DNA of 64,000 bases from Ptychomitrium polyphyllum. Taxonomy: Eukaryota. The stretch's first letter is position 1. Every line of letters starts with the position of its first letter. Made by a program: the position numbers and the translations under genes. The stretch is from assembly GCA_973851085.1 (NCBI GenBank), contig OZ316775.1, positions 18,104,001 to 18,168,000 of the forward strand. The letters run 5' to 3'. The notes beneath the pieces are model-generated. The model saw only the letters and a program-made list of their open reading frames with translations. It had not been told where the DNA came from and did not search any database. Shown one piece after another: positions 11,770 to 25,484 of the stretch.

Positions 11770-12989
11770 ATGGCAGAATCCTTTCCGCCATGGGCGCTGC
11801 TCTCCTGTCATGGCTGTATTCATCTCGATTCTACTCCTGCATCTGTGTTCCTCAAGGCCAATCCCCACGGTGCCTACACCACCACCCGCACTGGTAACGA
11901 AGGGGAGTCTCTGTTGTTGTGGAAGAGACATTTGAGGAGGTTGTCGCACTCCATGGAAGTTCTAGCCTCAGCCATGCCCGACCGCTTTCCTCACCCGCCC
12001 AGCAGCTTCAATGGATTACAAGACCTTGTGAAGCCATCGCTACAGGCCAGTGGATCTCTCCACATTTGTCAAACCTTAAAATACTGTCAGAACACCACAT
12101 TTGCCAGTGTCTACTAGGCATTAGTCAAGATTGGACTGGAATTCTGTTAAAATAGCCAAGATTACTATCTGAACTGTATTTCAAAGAGCGGTGTAGAGAG
12201 ATCAGCATAGACCCTTGTTTCAATGTTCAGGGTTTATGATTGATGTGGGTAAATCTGGAGGTTACTCACTAGAATGCATCCGGTGCAATGCAGGCTGGGC
12301 TTCGGAGAGCATCGGCTTTGCGAAGATCTGGGGAGGAGCTCAACATCACCATTCTAGCTTCCACTGATGGTCATTCCGACAGGCTCAGCTGGGACGTGAG
12401 TGTTCACTTGTCGAATTATGTACCAAGATCACCACCCATTCCTGCGCATGTAGCGGTACTTGGTTCCGGGCGTGACCTTCCCCTTGCAAAATACACCCTG
12501 TGGGCAAGCCGCAGGGAACCTTTGGAGAAGGCAAAGCCTGTTGGTACAACCGAAATTGTGTTGTCCAACGACGGGGATGGACTTCTCGAGGGTTCGGTCA
12601 CAAATTTCTTCGTTGTTGCAATGAACCCTGATGTGGAGGTACAGACAGCTGCTCTAAGCGATGGAATTCTTCCTGGGGTGATCCGCCAGCTCGTTATTGA
12701 AGTCTGTGAAGAAGATAGAATTCCTATCCGCGAAGTAATGCCTTCATGGCAAGCAAGAGGCTCGTGGATAGAGTCTTTTGTCACCAGCAGCTTGCGAATG
12801 GTCCAACCTGTGGAATCCATACGGAGGTGCCAACCCTGGGTTCCAGAAAATCGGCTTGAGGCTGTGAAGAATTGTGAATGGGGAGAAGTTCGGTTTGATA
12901 GAGTTGCTAGTGTAACCGAGCATATACGCAACCGTGTTCTGCAACGTGCACTGGATGAGGGCATATCCGTGCTTGAATGTCTCAATTAG
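11770..12989 (+). CDS. Class IV PLP-dependent aminotransferase-like protein (D-amino-acid aminotransferase/ADC-lyase fold); 2 exons 11770-12045 and 12294-12989, ~323 aa
   Basis: Motifs GAYTTTRT, LWKRHLRRL, LLEGSVTNFFVV, GILPGVIRQLVIEVC and ESFVTSSLRMVQPV. The exons join in phase 0 through a GC-AG intron. Confidence 0.88.
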
Positions 12990-13291
12990 GTGCATCACGA
13001 CTTACGTCAGCTGTTCGACAGTCGAGAAGAGATGGCTGTCATTTCATCTACCGATGCATTCAGATTTTGAATATTTCGTTCAGGTTTACCTTCATCTAGA
13101 AGATATTGAATAAGGCTGAAAGCATTCAGAGTCCCGTAAATCAGCACCGCGCTCATAGCAATGTATCAAAAAAAATACACATATGAGTTTTTTTATTTCA
13201 TTATTTCGGCAGCTTTATTGCTACAGGTTCCTGCCTAATATTCCCAGTCTCTGGTGTGAACAGGACCTTCACTCTAAACAACATACAAATT

Positions 13292-16200
13292 TTACAGAGA
13301 GCTGAGGTACTGGTTGGCTGTCCATGACTCTCCTGGTTGGAGCTCCACTTGTGCAAGCTGAAACAGGCATTGAAATATTAATTAATGATGCAGATCATTA
13401 TGTCAATAACTACGTGCACGAACAGACTGTGTCAACAACTATGTGCATGAACAATACGTAAGAGCTGACAAGTCTGGTTGATTTGAAGCGAATATACCTT
13501 AGCATTTTCCACACAGACGAAATTCTTGTAAGAGGCTTCCATTGTCAGATATGGATTCCAAAGCACTGCATCTGTCCATCTGCAAAGTCAGTCAGGAACT
13601 GACGTTAATAACTAACTTACGTGGAGTTTAATTGAGGTGTGAGGATTCAAACCCATGCCAGGGAATTTTTTTGTAAGGCTGCTTTAAAAAAATTGAGAGT
13701 TCAGTCCTCATGTTCGCATGTCAATTTGATGATCAGAGATGCAACATCCATATCCACGCAATGGAAAAAAATAAAAAGAAGATAGACCCTGATGAAATGG
13801 GCTCTTGAGAAGGAGACGAACCCTTCGTTTTTAATGGAGAGTTTGGTGCCCAAGCCGTTATCCAGCAGCAACTCATTAGGAGTGTCCCTGTACATAGTGT
13901 CTACGAACCCTGGAAATTCGATAACATCCCTGCACGTTTGGGCCATGTACAAAATTATGAACTCTTCAACACACGGAAAACCCATCAAAATGATCTTTCT
14001 CATGATAAGATTCAAATCTGATGATAAGATTTCGAGTACAACACCCAAGTAAAATAATGTTCAGTACAATCACTAACCTCTCTTCTGAACCCTCAATGGG
14101 ATTCGCAGGATCTTCATAAGGTTTGTCAAGTCTCTTGCAGCCTTTCAATCCCGATACTGATGTCTTAGACACGTCAGCCTGCATTCATTTTTACAACACA
14201 CAAAGAAACAACCTTCCTTAGGTTCAAGAAAAAGAAAAAGAGAGGAACGAAATAAATTATAAGGTTCATGAAGACAATCACAAACGAAATTGCACATAAA
14301 CTCAGCAGTACAATGACCTATCACTCACCTTAAAATACGAGTGAAGCGCAGTAGTGAAGAAGAAAGGCTTTGAGTCGGTGTTTTCCACAACCAACTCCGT
14401 CGTCAGGTTGTCGCCTCCCAACACAATCTGTGTATTTTGACAAACTCCCAATGTTGGAACGTGCCTATCCTTCAAGAAAGCATGCCTAACTACCAAGATA
14501 GTAATTGCACATCAACGGACAACAACGAATAGCAAACTGTAGTACCTCCCGTGGATGAGAAAATTTTAGGCGAAACTACCAGCTTTAAGTTTCCGAGAGC
14601 AAAAAGAGAGAGATACATACGTGCGAGAATACAGAAGTCTGCAATATAAGAGTGAAACCTCACCTTAAAAGTAACCAAGAATTCGTAATTCCACATGTTC
14701 CGACTGTAGTCGCTAGGCTTCAAATTTAGGACAAGAGTTGTGGTCTCATCATCGCTTCCAGTGCTTGCAATTTCCCACGGAACATTCCGAGCAAATCCGT
14801 GCTGAAAATAACCGTCGATCAAAGTCAGGCAGATCTGAGCTTAGCAAACATATTACAGAAACCAGTAACGGAAACTAATGCTACTGCAGCAAATAGTGCC
14901 GGGGCCTGTCAGTGAAACAAAAGATGCGTTTACACATGAGCCTTTGGAAATGCACTAAGAAGAATTCTTTCGAACCAGTAATTATTTCAAACCAAAAAAC
15001 AGAGCCTCACGCGATTACCTGCTGAATGGGGCCTGGACCAAATTGAGGGAAGCAATGAGGGAGCCCTCCACTGCATCATCATGAATTCAACATGAAGAAA
15101 GGCATGAGGACTAAGAATACAACTGTCAATCCTCTGGCCACCAAGCAAAGGCTACAATACTAGCGAAAATGTTTGCAGTTGGCATAACTATCCACCCGTG
15201 AAAACGATTTCATGAATGAACCGGGTACATAGCGTTAACTGCTATAAAGTAAGGCGTCACCTGATTGGCTTCTTTCCAGTGAAAACAGCATCTGGCCTCA
15301 CAAACAACAGATCCTTGCCTTGAGCAGTTTTCCATGACGTGGTACATCCTCCATATAAGTAGACCTCTGCCTCACTGCTTTCGACACACAAATGAAAGCA
15401 AGCACAACAAAGGTCACTAATCACGGTATCCCTGAGTTTAAAGAAATTTGTATTCGGGCAACTTCCACATACATTTGTAGGAAGCAACAAGAAGAAAATT
15501 GGGAGTGTTATAAGGTTGATTAGGTTCTGCAAACCGCAAAGCATACAAATAAATTCGGGAACACATGGAGTTGAAGAAGGGAAAACGAAGCATACCTGCC
15601 GGCTGGGGTTGATAAGACAACTTTGGTAAGACCACCCTCTCCACTTTGCACCTTCACTCCCTTGGTTCCATACTGCTCATTCAAATTCTCAGCTGACTCC
15701 GTTGACACCCTGATTGCATTCCACCATCAACACAGAGTTGTAGCAAGCATTCAGCAGACGATTGCAGAACAATCTTTCCCAGACAATGCCCATCTACTGG
15801 GTTTCTCTGTCCATAACCAATTTTGGATTCAAGTATGCAGCCCACCTTCACCCGATATAGATTGACTTTCAACATTCGAGGTCCATCGGCTCTTATTGCT
15901 TGCTAACATAGCGCCACTACTTATGGTGCACACAATAGTACAGCTGCGGTGTCCATACCACACTTGTAAAATGCAATTAGAGAATACGCCCGTATGTTAT
16001 GGATTCTATTGAACGATGCACAGAGTTGACTTTGTTGCGCCATGACCGTAAACTTCCTCACTGAAACCCTAGAACATTATCATCTGGAGAATCGGACACA
16101 CACGAGACCGACATTCTCTCTCGTTCACAAGCACGCAGCATAAATCCCACAAATGATTCTCACCCAGTGGCTTGCGAAGCGCGGAGCGGAAGTGCGGCGC

Positions 16201-16390
16201 CAAACGGCAGTGCATGAGACGCGGAAGCCGAGGAGGACAGAGCGGCATGAAACGGCGAGCACGAATGCTTCCATGAAAGGGCCACGGCGCCGCGTCCAGA
16301 TGTCGCAGCAGCACGATGTAGAAGCGCCGGTGCAACGCCGAGGCTCGCAGAAGTTGACGCGATAGAGCTAGACAGCTTGAGCAACGCCAT
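13292..16390 (-). CDS. Aldose 1-epimerase / glucose-6-phosphate 1-epimerase family protein (galactose mutarotase-like) with probable plastid transit peptide; ~10 exons
   Basis: Spliced exons give EAEVYLYGGCTTSWK, LLFVRPDAVFTGKKPISGGLPHCFPQFGPG, QHGFARN, FTTALHSYF, WTDAVLWNP and FVCVENAK. The N-terminus from ATG 16390 is Ser/Ala-rich. The TAA stop is at 13294-13292, and the junctions checked are GT-AG. Confidence 0.93.
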
Positions 16391-16988
16391 TGCTGCACGA
16401 GGCGCTGCAAACACAGCTCAGAACTCAACCTCACTGCGAGGCGCTTTGTAAATCTCGACAATCACAGAGCTGACTCATCCGTGTCCCAAAGAATTACAAA
16501 CAGGCAGATCTTACATTACGAATGTTTATATCCACATGGTGGACGCACAATTGTAGAAGGAGCATATTCGCCGCATTTTTTGCTAGGTGCACAGAAGAGC
16601 AGGACCTTTCACTTTTTCTGATGCTCCGGAGTTAAGGATAGCTTTCTTCTGAAGCCAATCTGTACACACCACAAAAATGGCAGAGCTGAACTTCAAGCAT
16701 AGAATTCCACAACAGATTGGACTTTAGACCAAGATGATGGAGTTTGGTATTTGAATGCGCGTTCGATAAATACATGGACGCTTATTGTGGAGCCACACAC
16801 TGACATCCCAGTGATCTACAAGATGTGCAGTGATTTGCTGCTGCAATTCCTTCAAGCCGAGTGGCAGTGAACTCTGAGCTATCTGAGATTAAGCTTTATA
16901 ATGACTTCATTGCGTAATGTGTCTAGCTTTGTTGATTCCTGGGGATTTGCCGATGTATCGCTGCATTGTGTTCGATGATGTAGGTGAC

Positions 16989-19900
16989 TCAGTTTTTGCT
17001 GGTGCTGCGAACGAGTCCTTCCGAGGTAGCAAGAGTCTTAGGTTTTCCGCCACTTGGCTTGATAGCCGCTATTCCAGTGATTTCACGACCTGTTACTAAA
17101 GCGTTGATTTCGTACGTGCCCTCGTAGGTGTAAATTGGCTCCAGGTCACAGAAAGCCTGTAGGACAATGAACGAAAACCAAGTCAGTTCGTTTGTGCATA
17201 GAATGAGCTCCTTTGCTTCGCACAATATACTATGGAACAAACCTACTTCACGATGAATATTACGATCAATGAAAATGCTTCTGGTTACCATACCATCAAT
17301 GAGTCCTGAGTTTAGGTGAAACTGACCTTGGCAACGAGAAAGTCTGCAAGTATTCCATTGCCGCCTAGAAGCTCCCTCCCAAGTGCCACTGTCTCCCGAG
17401 CTCGCTTTGTGTTCCAGGACTGAAGTATCCAAATATCACAGTGCAACAAACGTATAAGAAACGTATCCTTCACATAAGATCTAAAAGAATTGTAAAACTA
17501 CTCGATAGCATTCGTGTGACGAAGGGTATGAAATCAGTTTTACAACAAAAGTAGGTGCTATAAATTTTACACAGCAGCAGTCTTGATCGAAATTCTATCT
17601 CAATGCCTCAGTAAGCCTACATAGAAATTTTGTATGTGTGTCAAGCCTAGAGCCAACCTTGCAGAGACTGGCTTGGCCGGGAGTCATCTTGCCAGCTTCA
17701 TATATTTTGCAAAGACGCCAGCCGAGTAAGAACATCGCCTGAATGTTCCCCAGCATCCGCACTAGTTTTTCTTGATTGATCTGGAGGGCAGCCAAAGGAG
17801 CTCCGAACTGCTTCCTCTCTAGTAGATACCTGTTTCCACCCAAGGCGGGTCAACTGGAATGTTAAACAAGAGAAAACAAACGAAGACTTGGGGCCTCATT
17901 TGATCACGACAAGACAGAGGAAGTTGACCAGTAAGTTCTTCTGCATCGACACACAAACAAAGAAAAAATGAACTATGGCACAAACCGACCTATGGCATAT
18001 GTCGTATACACCCATGGCGATACCAATTGGTTGCCATGCAACCATGATCCGAGATACAGCCAACACCTACACGCAACGAAAACTCGTATTATTACAGTCA
18101 GAAAAATTGAATCGTGGCTCATTGATCTAATTATTCTGATAGATGATGGATTCAAGACTGGAAAGACAAACTAAAAAAAAACCACAGGGTTCGAGGAGAA
18201 AATTCTATCGCCATTACCATCGTACATGTAGCTTACAGTATCAATGAAAGAGTCCAAATACCTTGTTGGTATCTTGAAAAGAGTTAATTCCAGGCAGACG
18301 GTCCTCATCAGGCACAAATACATCATTCATGGTTATGTCACCGTTTTGCACCATCCTCAACCCGATTTTGTTCTGAATCTTAGTAGCTCTGTACCCACGT
18401 GTATCTTTCTTCACGATAAATCTACACAAGTCATAGTCCGATCTCCATTGTAAACAACAACCATTAATTGACATCATTCAAAGCAGAAAAGTTCACAACT
18501 AAGACTAGTTGATTACCAAACCAAAGTTTTACTAGAATGGAATAATTCGCAAAAATGCTGTTATACATGCTGATAAAACGAACCCAATGCAGGCTCCCGT
18601 GTTTCCAGCAAAAGAGTTGATGAGCAAAAAGAAGATGCTAATCAGAAGATTGCATACCCATTTATTTGGTTAGTCTGTATGTTCCGCCCAAACACGACAG
18701 CAATATCTGCAAATGTTGCATTCCCGATCCACCGTTTCTGCCCATTTAAAAGCCAACCGCCTTCTACCTGCGCCAACCAACAAAGAAAAATTACTACAGC
18801 CAAGTTAACGAAAGAAATAGTGGTTTCAGAAAGGTTATGGCCACAAATAAATTCTCCTATCAAGACCTGCAGAAGATGCACAATAACTTCTATAATACCG
18901 TTCAATCTGTAAACAACCCTCAGAATGTTTCCAGCTGTAATATGTACGTCGAAAAATTATGTGTTCTAGCATTAAATACTGGAATCAGGAGGCAAATTTT
19001 GAAGGCGCGGTCATGTCCCTCGACTGACGGACACACTAATGACTACAGTCTAACATCGGCCAAAGAATGGAAGACGAAGATTGACGGTTTACCTTCTTGG
19101 CAGTAGTGTTCAGTGAGCTTGCATCGCTTCCATATCCAGGCTCTGTCAATGCCTGACAAGTCATGGACAAAAACCCAACTATTAACAATCTTTCCAACAA
19201 CCACGAACTAAAATAAGACGTTGTACATCTCATTTCAGCTGATTACTACACAGTACTATCCCCTTAAGAAATGCATGGACAGAAAGGAATAATAGAAGAA
19301 CCAGGAATATGACTTCTTAAAACATGGTGGATCCAGACAAGCTGTTTCAGCTGGTTTTTAAACGAGAATGGCCATACCCAGCAGCCAACAAGGTCGAAGC
19401 GAGCAAGGCCAGGCAAGTACTTGTGTTTCTGTTCCTCACTTCCCAACATAGCTGCACAAACGCAACTTCAGCGTCAGGGCTGTCATCATACAAAATCAAT
19501 TATCAAATTCATTGCACTTCGCTAGATAAAGCGTGTACAATGAGCATTCGGAAATGATAGAACAGAAGCTATTAGTGATGCATGGTAAGTCCATATCATT
19601 CTTGAAATGCCCAATTAGTAATTTGGAGACATAGTAGTCGTAAGACTTTAGGAAAATAATGTGAAGACATTAAGACAAAATTATGTACCAACAGTGGCCA
19701 TGCACAAGCTGGAGTGCACAAGCACAAAAGTAGAGCAGCTTGCATCCACTCGTGCAATTTCTGCCGTCGCCAACGCATTACTCAATACGGACAGGCCAGG
19801 GCAACCATACCCCTGCCACGAGTAAACAAAATCATGTTAATGCTTCTGAATGGCATCAACCTCCCAGGTCTCTACTGAAGACTGCCATACCTGATGATCC

Positions 19901-20942
19901 TCACTGAAGCACACAGTATCAAACTAATAGCACATGAGTCAATCAAGCCATCCCAAAAGAAAACAAACCTTGGTCGTGCCACCAGCAACCATAAGGCTGG
20001 CAATATGAGGCACGCATTCAAATGGAAACTCTGCCTTCTCCCAATACTGCGGAAACACAAACACAGAGCAATATTATCTCTATGACATCGATAATTCATG
20101 AACGCCAATGAAAATTAAATCTCACCAAAAAGAACCATCAACAAGACATAACTACACAGTAATGGGTTTCTGAAACAGTTGACAATGAGCTAGAGCAAAG
20201 AGCGACAGGAAAAGGCAATACTGTGACAAATACCAACCTTGGTCATGACGGGTGCAACATGCTTCTCCATCACACCTCGTATGCGCTCACGAAGTGCAAC
20301 ATCCTCGGGCGACAGCAAATCTTCCAGCTGGAAAAAGTCCGATACTGTTCTCCATATATAACCAGATTTAGCAGTGAGTAACACTCCAAAGATGACACGT
20401 TACCCTCACGAGAAAAAGCAGAATAAGTCGAAAAGTGGACAGAAGCAAAACATAGTAAGTTACAACATACGAAATTCGTTCTCACAAGCAGGAACAAAAT
20501 AGGATTAAATTTCGTACGCACCTGATGCTGGGAATTCTGATGCCGGAGTCGCCTGTGGAAATGCAGATCGCACATCCAATGAAGGAAGCCCAATTGCAAG
20601 AGTTGGTACACTTTCCAACTGAGCTGTCACACAACCTCACGTGTCGTTTGTAAGTTCGACTCCCATATTATAAGAATGAATACAAAATTGGTAGAATCAG
20701 CAGGGTAGATTACATAAGCATACCTTAATTGCAGCTCTTCATTGCCATACAGAAAAACTTGTTCAAGAAAATCATAACAACCACTTCAATGGGTTATCTA
20801 GTAATCTCACAAAGAAACCTTCGTTGTGACTGAATTACTTACAGAAAAGATCAGTTTCTGCAGGCTCCAGGTGGTCGTGAATACGTGCCAACCTTCGCTG
20901 GCTCTTTTGGTCCATGACCTCTCTTCCCATCGATCGCTCCAT
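16989..20942 (-). CDS. ACX4: Short-chain acyl-CoA oxidase 4 (acyl-CoA dehydrogenase-like fold), multi-exon; the extreme N-terminal exon and start codon are uncertain
   Basis: Exons give [87 protein letters not shown] and [28 protein letters not shown]. Introns from 20.6 kb downstream are GT-AG. Confidence 0.93.
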
Positions 20943-23268
20943 GTTTTTTATAATCGTTACCAGGTACGATCTAGGCAGCTTCAACAATTACCTACAAGCA
21001 ACAGCTCCTCCGGGATCAAACTGTTATTCACAAACTCCCTCGTCAAGTAAACATTAATCCACTGGTAACTAAGTATATTCGAAATAAGTAACTGTATGAT
21101 CACACGCTTGTGCAACCGTCACATCTAACAGAGTTGTCAGACATAGTGTAAGAAATACGCTCCCTGCAAACACTCTGATGATTATTTGAAAGAAACCTAA
21201 TCATCATCGTTGCAATAAAAAACCTCCCATGTTTCAAAAACTGCAACAATTCTCCATCAAGTTCAAACAAAAAATCCATTTTCTACAAAGCTTTGGAAAA
21301 GAAGAAACTGAAGCTTAAGCTTGAGCTAAGCAAAGAAAAATAAATGATTATCAAAGCTCCATGAACAAAAAACAAAATTCAGAAGAAATGTACCCTGAAC
21401 GAATGTTCAAAAATCTCAGAACTGCTCTAGAAAGTAATATTGACACACTCAGGAAACCGAGTCATGCATAAGAAATTTTCCAAAGGAAAGGGACCTACTC
21501 AACCCGGCATTCTAAGTTGCAAAATGAACGTGACCCAGTTTCTGAAAGAGTTACTCCAGAAGAAATAAACCTCTCAACTCGATCCTCAGCCAACAAAACC
21601 GACCTCGTCAATACCAAAAACTCAAAACTAAAGCAACGTAATTCCGTACGAAAGAATCTCACCATCCCTCAACATGAGCGCACCAGACCCAAGCCTTTCC
21701 ATGGAACCAAACGGAACGCAAATCGACCCAGAACGTGAGCACCCACGTACCATCACAGCCCAGAACCACGATCGCCCAGCAAGAAAGAATGCAACAAAAG
21801 CAGTGCTTGCAGATTACACACCTGATAGGTTCCGGAATTGCGCGAAACCCAGCTGCGAGAACCTGTAGAAGCGTGAAGAACGTCGAACCCAGCACACAAT
21901 TGGTGACAGAAAAGAGCTACAACAACACAGCAACACAGAAACACGGAAACACAGCAGCAGCGTCAAGCGAACCACAAACGGTGGCGCATACTCTGAACCG
22001 TTACCATACCATACAACCGTCATGCAATCCCAAAATCGTCATTACACCTCACTATCGGATTTTATCTACGATTTCAGTAGATTATATGTAAGGGGTTGGT
22101 GGTATATGGTAGATTAGAGCGGTTTAGACCGCCAGAGCGGTTTTGAGCAACTTGACGGATTTTAGTTTCTGAGCGGTGTTGGGTGCCAGGGCGGTTTTAG
22201 GGGGTGCATGTGCGGGGGAGCGAAATTGTCGACACCGCCGTCGTTGTTGTGAGTCGCTTTGGATTCCACGTCAACGGCTGACTGGACTAGATAAAGTGCC
22301 GAGAGAGTGCCAGAATGAGCTGCCGGTGCACGGGTATCTGTACCGGATATCAATTTCGCCTTTGCTCCGTTGCTTTTGAACGTCTCCCGTAAGATTCTAT
22401 ACCCTGTTTCCACAGGCGCCTCAATGGAAGATGTTCCACGAATATTCGTGGAATTCTTGAAAGATACCGAATCCGGAAGAGTTGGTATTTGTGATATACT
22501 TGTGTAGTATCATGTATATATATATATGTGATACACATATAATACTTGAATAGTGATAGAAAAGTTTATCATACATGGTAAAAGAATGTTAAATCTTACA
22601 ATTTAATATCTTATATCAACAATACATAAGATTCATTATTATAAAACAACAAGCGCTTTGATTAAGAAAGGAGTTTGGAAATATACATAAAATATTTAAG
22701 GACCATATTTGGAATAGATTATATTTAGATGATATCTAATTATTATTTGTGTCCTACTTTGTTATAATATGCTAATATATATTTGACTCTTATGTAATGC
22801 CTAGATCATATTTGTATATTTTATAATAAAATTTCATATGCATAATAAAAAAACATTTAATCTTGCAATAAGGAATTTATTGTGGTTTTTTTTAGACAAA
22901 GTCAATTTGTATAAAAAATAATACAACCTTAATATTTTTAAATGGTATTTAAAAAATTTATTTTATCAAATTTTTGTTATAATTTTAAGTATTAACAAAA
23001 ATCATATTAAAAATGCTTACAAGGATGAATAATATGATATTTTGGCATTAAATTTGAATTTTGCCCTTTTCTGACTATGTAGGGAATTAAATTGTTGCAA
23101 TTGTGGCTTCAAAATGTATTATTATATTTTAGCAATGCAACCTTAAATTTGAAGCTTTACAAAATTTACAAACTTAAATCAAAGTGTGTTTATTATTTTT
23201 TAAACATAAATCTAAGATAATCTTTGACTAATCAATATGCTTGAATTCTTTTAAAAAGACCTCATATT

Positions 23269-23771
23269 TATTAGGGACATAAAAAACAAGAAGCAAAAAC
23301 GAAGTATTTCCAAAGAATTAGCTTCCAAAGAGCTAATAATTAATGATTAACAAGAATTCATACAAAGACTAGAACAAAGCAAGATACAATATGATCCACA
23401 ACTTGTCTTGGCAAATCTAAGGCATACCTTGTTTTGCCTCCTATTTATACTATAACGCTTGTATCTCCTAGGATACTTCTGAAGAAGCTTCCTACAAGGC
23501 TTAAGAATGTTCCGGAAGTCTATAGAGTCTTTTTAAGAAGTTTACCAAATTGACGAAACATTCCTAAGAAGCTTCCAAGGAATTAAAACCTTTCTTGGAA
23601 ATTTCCCAAAGTGGTAAAACCTTCATAAGAAGTATCCTGAACTAGTAAACTCTTTTAGGAAATTTTCCAAATTTGTGGAAACGGCTATGAAGACATTGAA
23701 AGTATTTAAAGAAGCTACTATAATATAGCAGAAGGTATTCAGGACTATGTTGTATGATCTATGTTCATACA
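23269..23771 (-). mobile_element. Older, degraded solo LTR of family B
   Basis: Clear homology to 24839-25483 (ttagggaca.aa.aaacaagaagcaaaaac ... atgatctatgt). The termini are eroded and no TSD is visible. Confidence 0.85.
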
Positions 23772-24838
23772 TCACCTTCCTTTAAGCAATAAGTTCCATG
23801 CGGAGCACTTTTTATAGCTTGCTCGACACATCTCTACAAATTTTAAAATTTGTCAAAAAAAAGAAGCAACATATTCTGCTTCTTGTCACGGACATACATA
23901 TTAGAAGCATCTAAAAAACTTCTTGGAAGATTTAGGAAGCTTCTCAAGAAGCTTTCAAGGCTTGTAGTTCTAGTGTATATAGAAATCAAGGCTCAAGAGC
24001 TCTTCAGTCTCGACAACGCATCTCTTGTGGTTCACTTCAGACTTTCTAGCCTTGTCTTTTGTACTTTGTTGTAGCTCTTTACCTCTAATATACTTGGACT
24101 TATCTTGTTCCACATCCTAGAATCCTAGAGCCTTATCTTTTGATTATTCTATCCGTAACAGTTTGTCGAGACTGTTATACAACAATATCAGGGCTTGGTC
24201 TTTCTCAATAGAGAGCAAATCACCGCTCTTTTTCAAAAGCACTATAGCACTCTAGAAGTTGCGGATTACTCTCTTCTAGACTTACATTTCTTCTTGAATT
24301 TTCTTTAATTTCTTGCATAACTAGCAAGCTTTATCAATTCCCACTTCATTTCTATGCCAGGAGGTGAAGAAGTCAATATAATTGATTCAAAAGAAACAAA
24401 GTTAGATTCCATTATCAATGCCTTTGAAGTATTGAGGATCAAGACCAAGACTTTATCCAAACAAAACAAAGAACTTGACTTTAAACCAGGCTTTGACCTG
24501 TTTGGCTAAATTAGACAGCATTTTCATTTTGTCCAAGGGTATTTGACCATACACAATGGCCAAGGAGCAAGAAATCTGCAATTGCTATTTCAAGTTAACT
24601 TTGGTGCTTTATCGTCTAGATTTGATTTGGTAGATAATGGGCAAGATCAAGCCAAGAAATCAATGTCAATAACCAAAGAACCAAGAATCAGCCTTCTAAA
24701 GAAGTTTGATGGTACGCGTTTTAAAAACCGAGGCTATGTAAACCAAGTTCAATTTGTTACCTTGCTTCAACCTCAGCGGTATTCTATAGACACATCGCAT
24801 ATTGGTTTGGTAGGAACGTTGTTCTCAAGACAAGTGTG

Positions 24839-25483
24839 TGTTAGGGACACAAGAAACAAGAAGCAAAAACAAAGTGTTTCCCAAGAATTAGCTTCCAAAG
24901 AGCTAATGATTAACAAGAACTTGATACAAAGTCTAGAACAAGGCAGGATTCAAGATGATTCACAACTTGTATTGGCAAGACTAATGAATACCTTGTCTTG
25001 TCTCCTATTTATAATATGACGTTTATATCTCCTGGGATGCTTCTAAACAAGCTTCCTACAAGGCTTAAGAATGTTCTAGAAGTCTAGGGAACTTTTTTAA
25101 GAAATTTCCTAAGATGTTGGAAGCTTCCTAAGAGTCTTCCAAGGAGTTGGAACCTTCCTTGGAAGTTTCTTAAGGTAGCGGAACCTTCTTAGGAAGTTTC
25201 CCAAAGAGGTAGAATCTTCCTAGGAAGTTTTCTATGATGATAGAACCTTATGAGGAAGTTTCCTAAGGTGATGGAATCTTCATAGGAAGTTTCCTCATAA
25301 ATTACCTAAGATGATAGAACCTTCCTAGGAAGTTTTGTAAGGTGGAGGAACTTTCCTAGGAAGCTTCCTAAGAACATGGAAAGGCTATGGAGACATTTAA
25401 AAGTATTATAAGATGCTATTATAATATACTAGAAGGTTCTAGAATGTTCTAAAGAGTATGTTGCATGATCTATGTCCGTGACA
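24839..25483 (-). mobile_element. Solo LTR of family B with TSD GTGTG, nested in element A
   Basis: TG...CA ends, with GTGTG at 24834-24838 and 25484-25488. Confidence 0.92.
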
Positions 25484-25484
25484 G

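Noticed and set aside
12416..12985. 189-aa minus-strand ORF; likewise the plus-strand ORFs at 39243-39665 and 48393-50060
   Set aside because: Antisense shadows of real CDSs with no recognisable motifs.
11770..20942. Three adjacent enzyme genes as a biosynthetic gene cluster
   Set aside because: They are conserved primary-metabolism genes with different predicted compartments and no shared pathway or signature scaffold enzyme.
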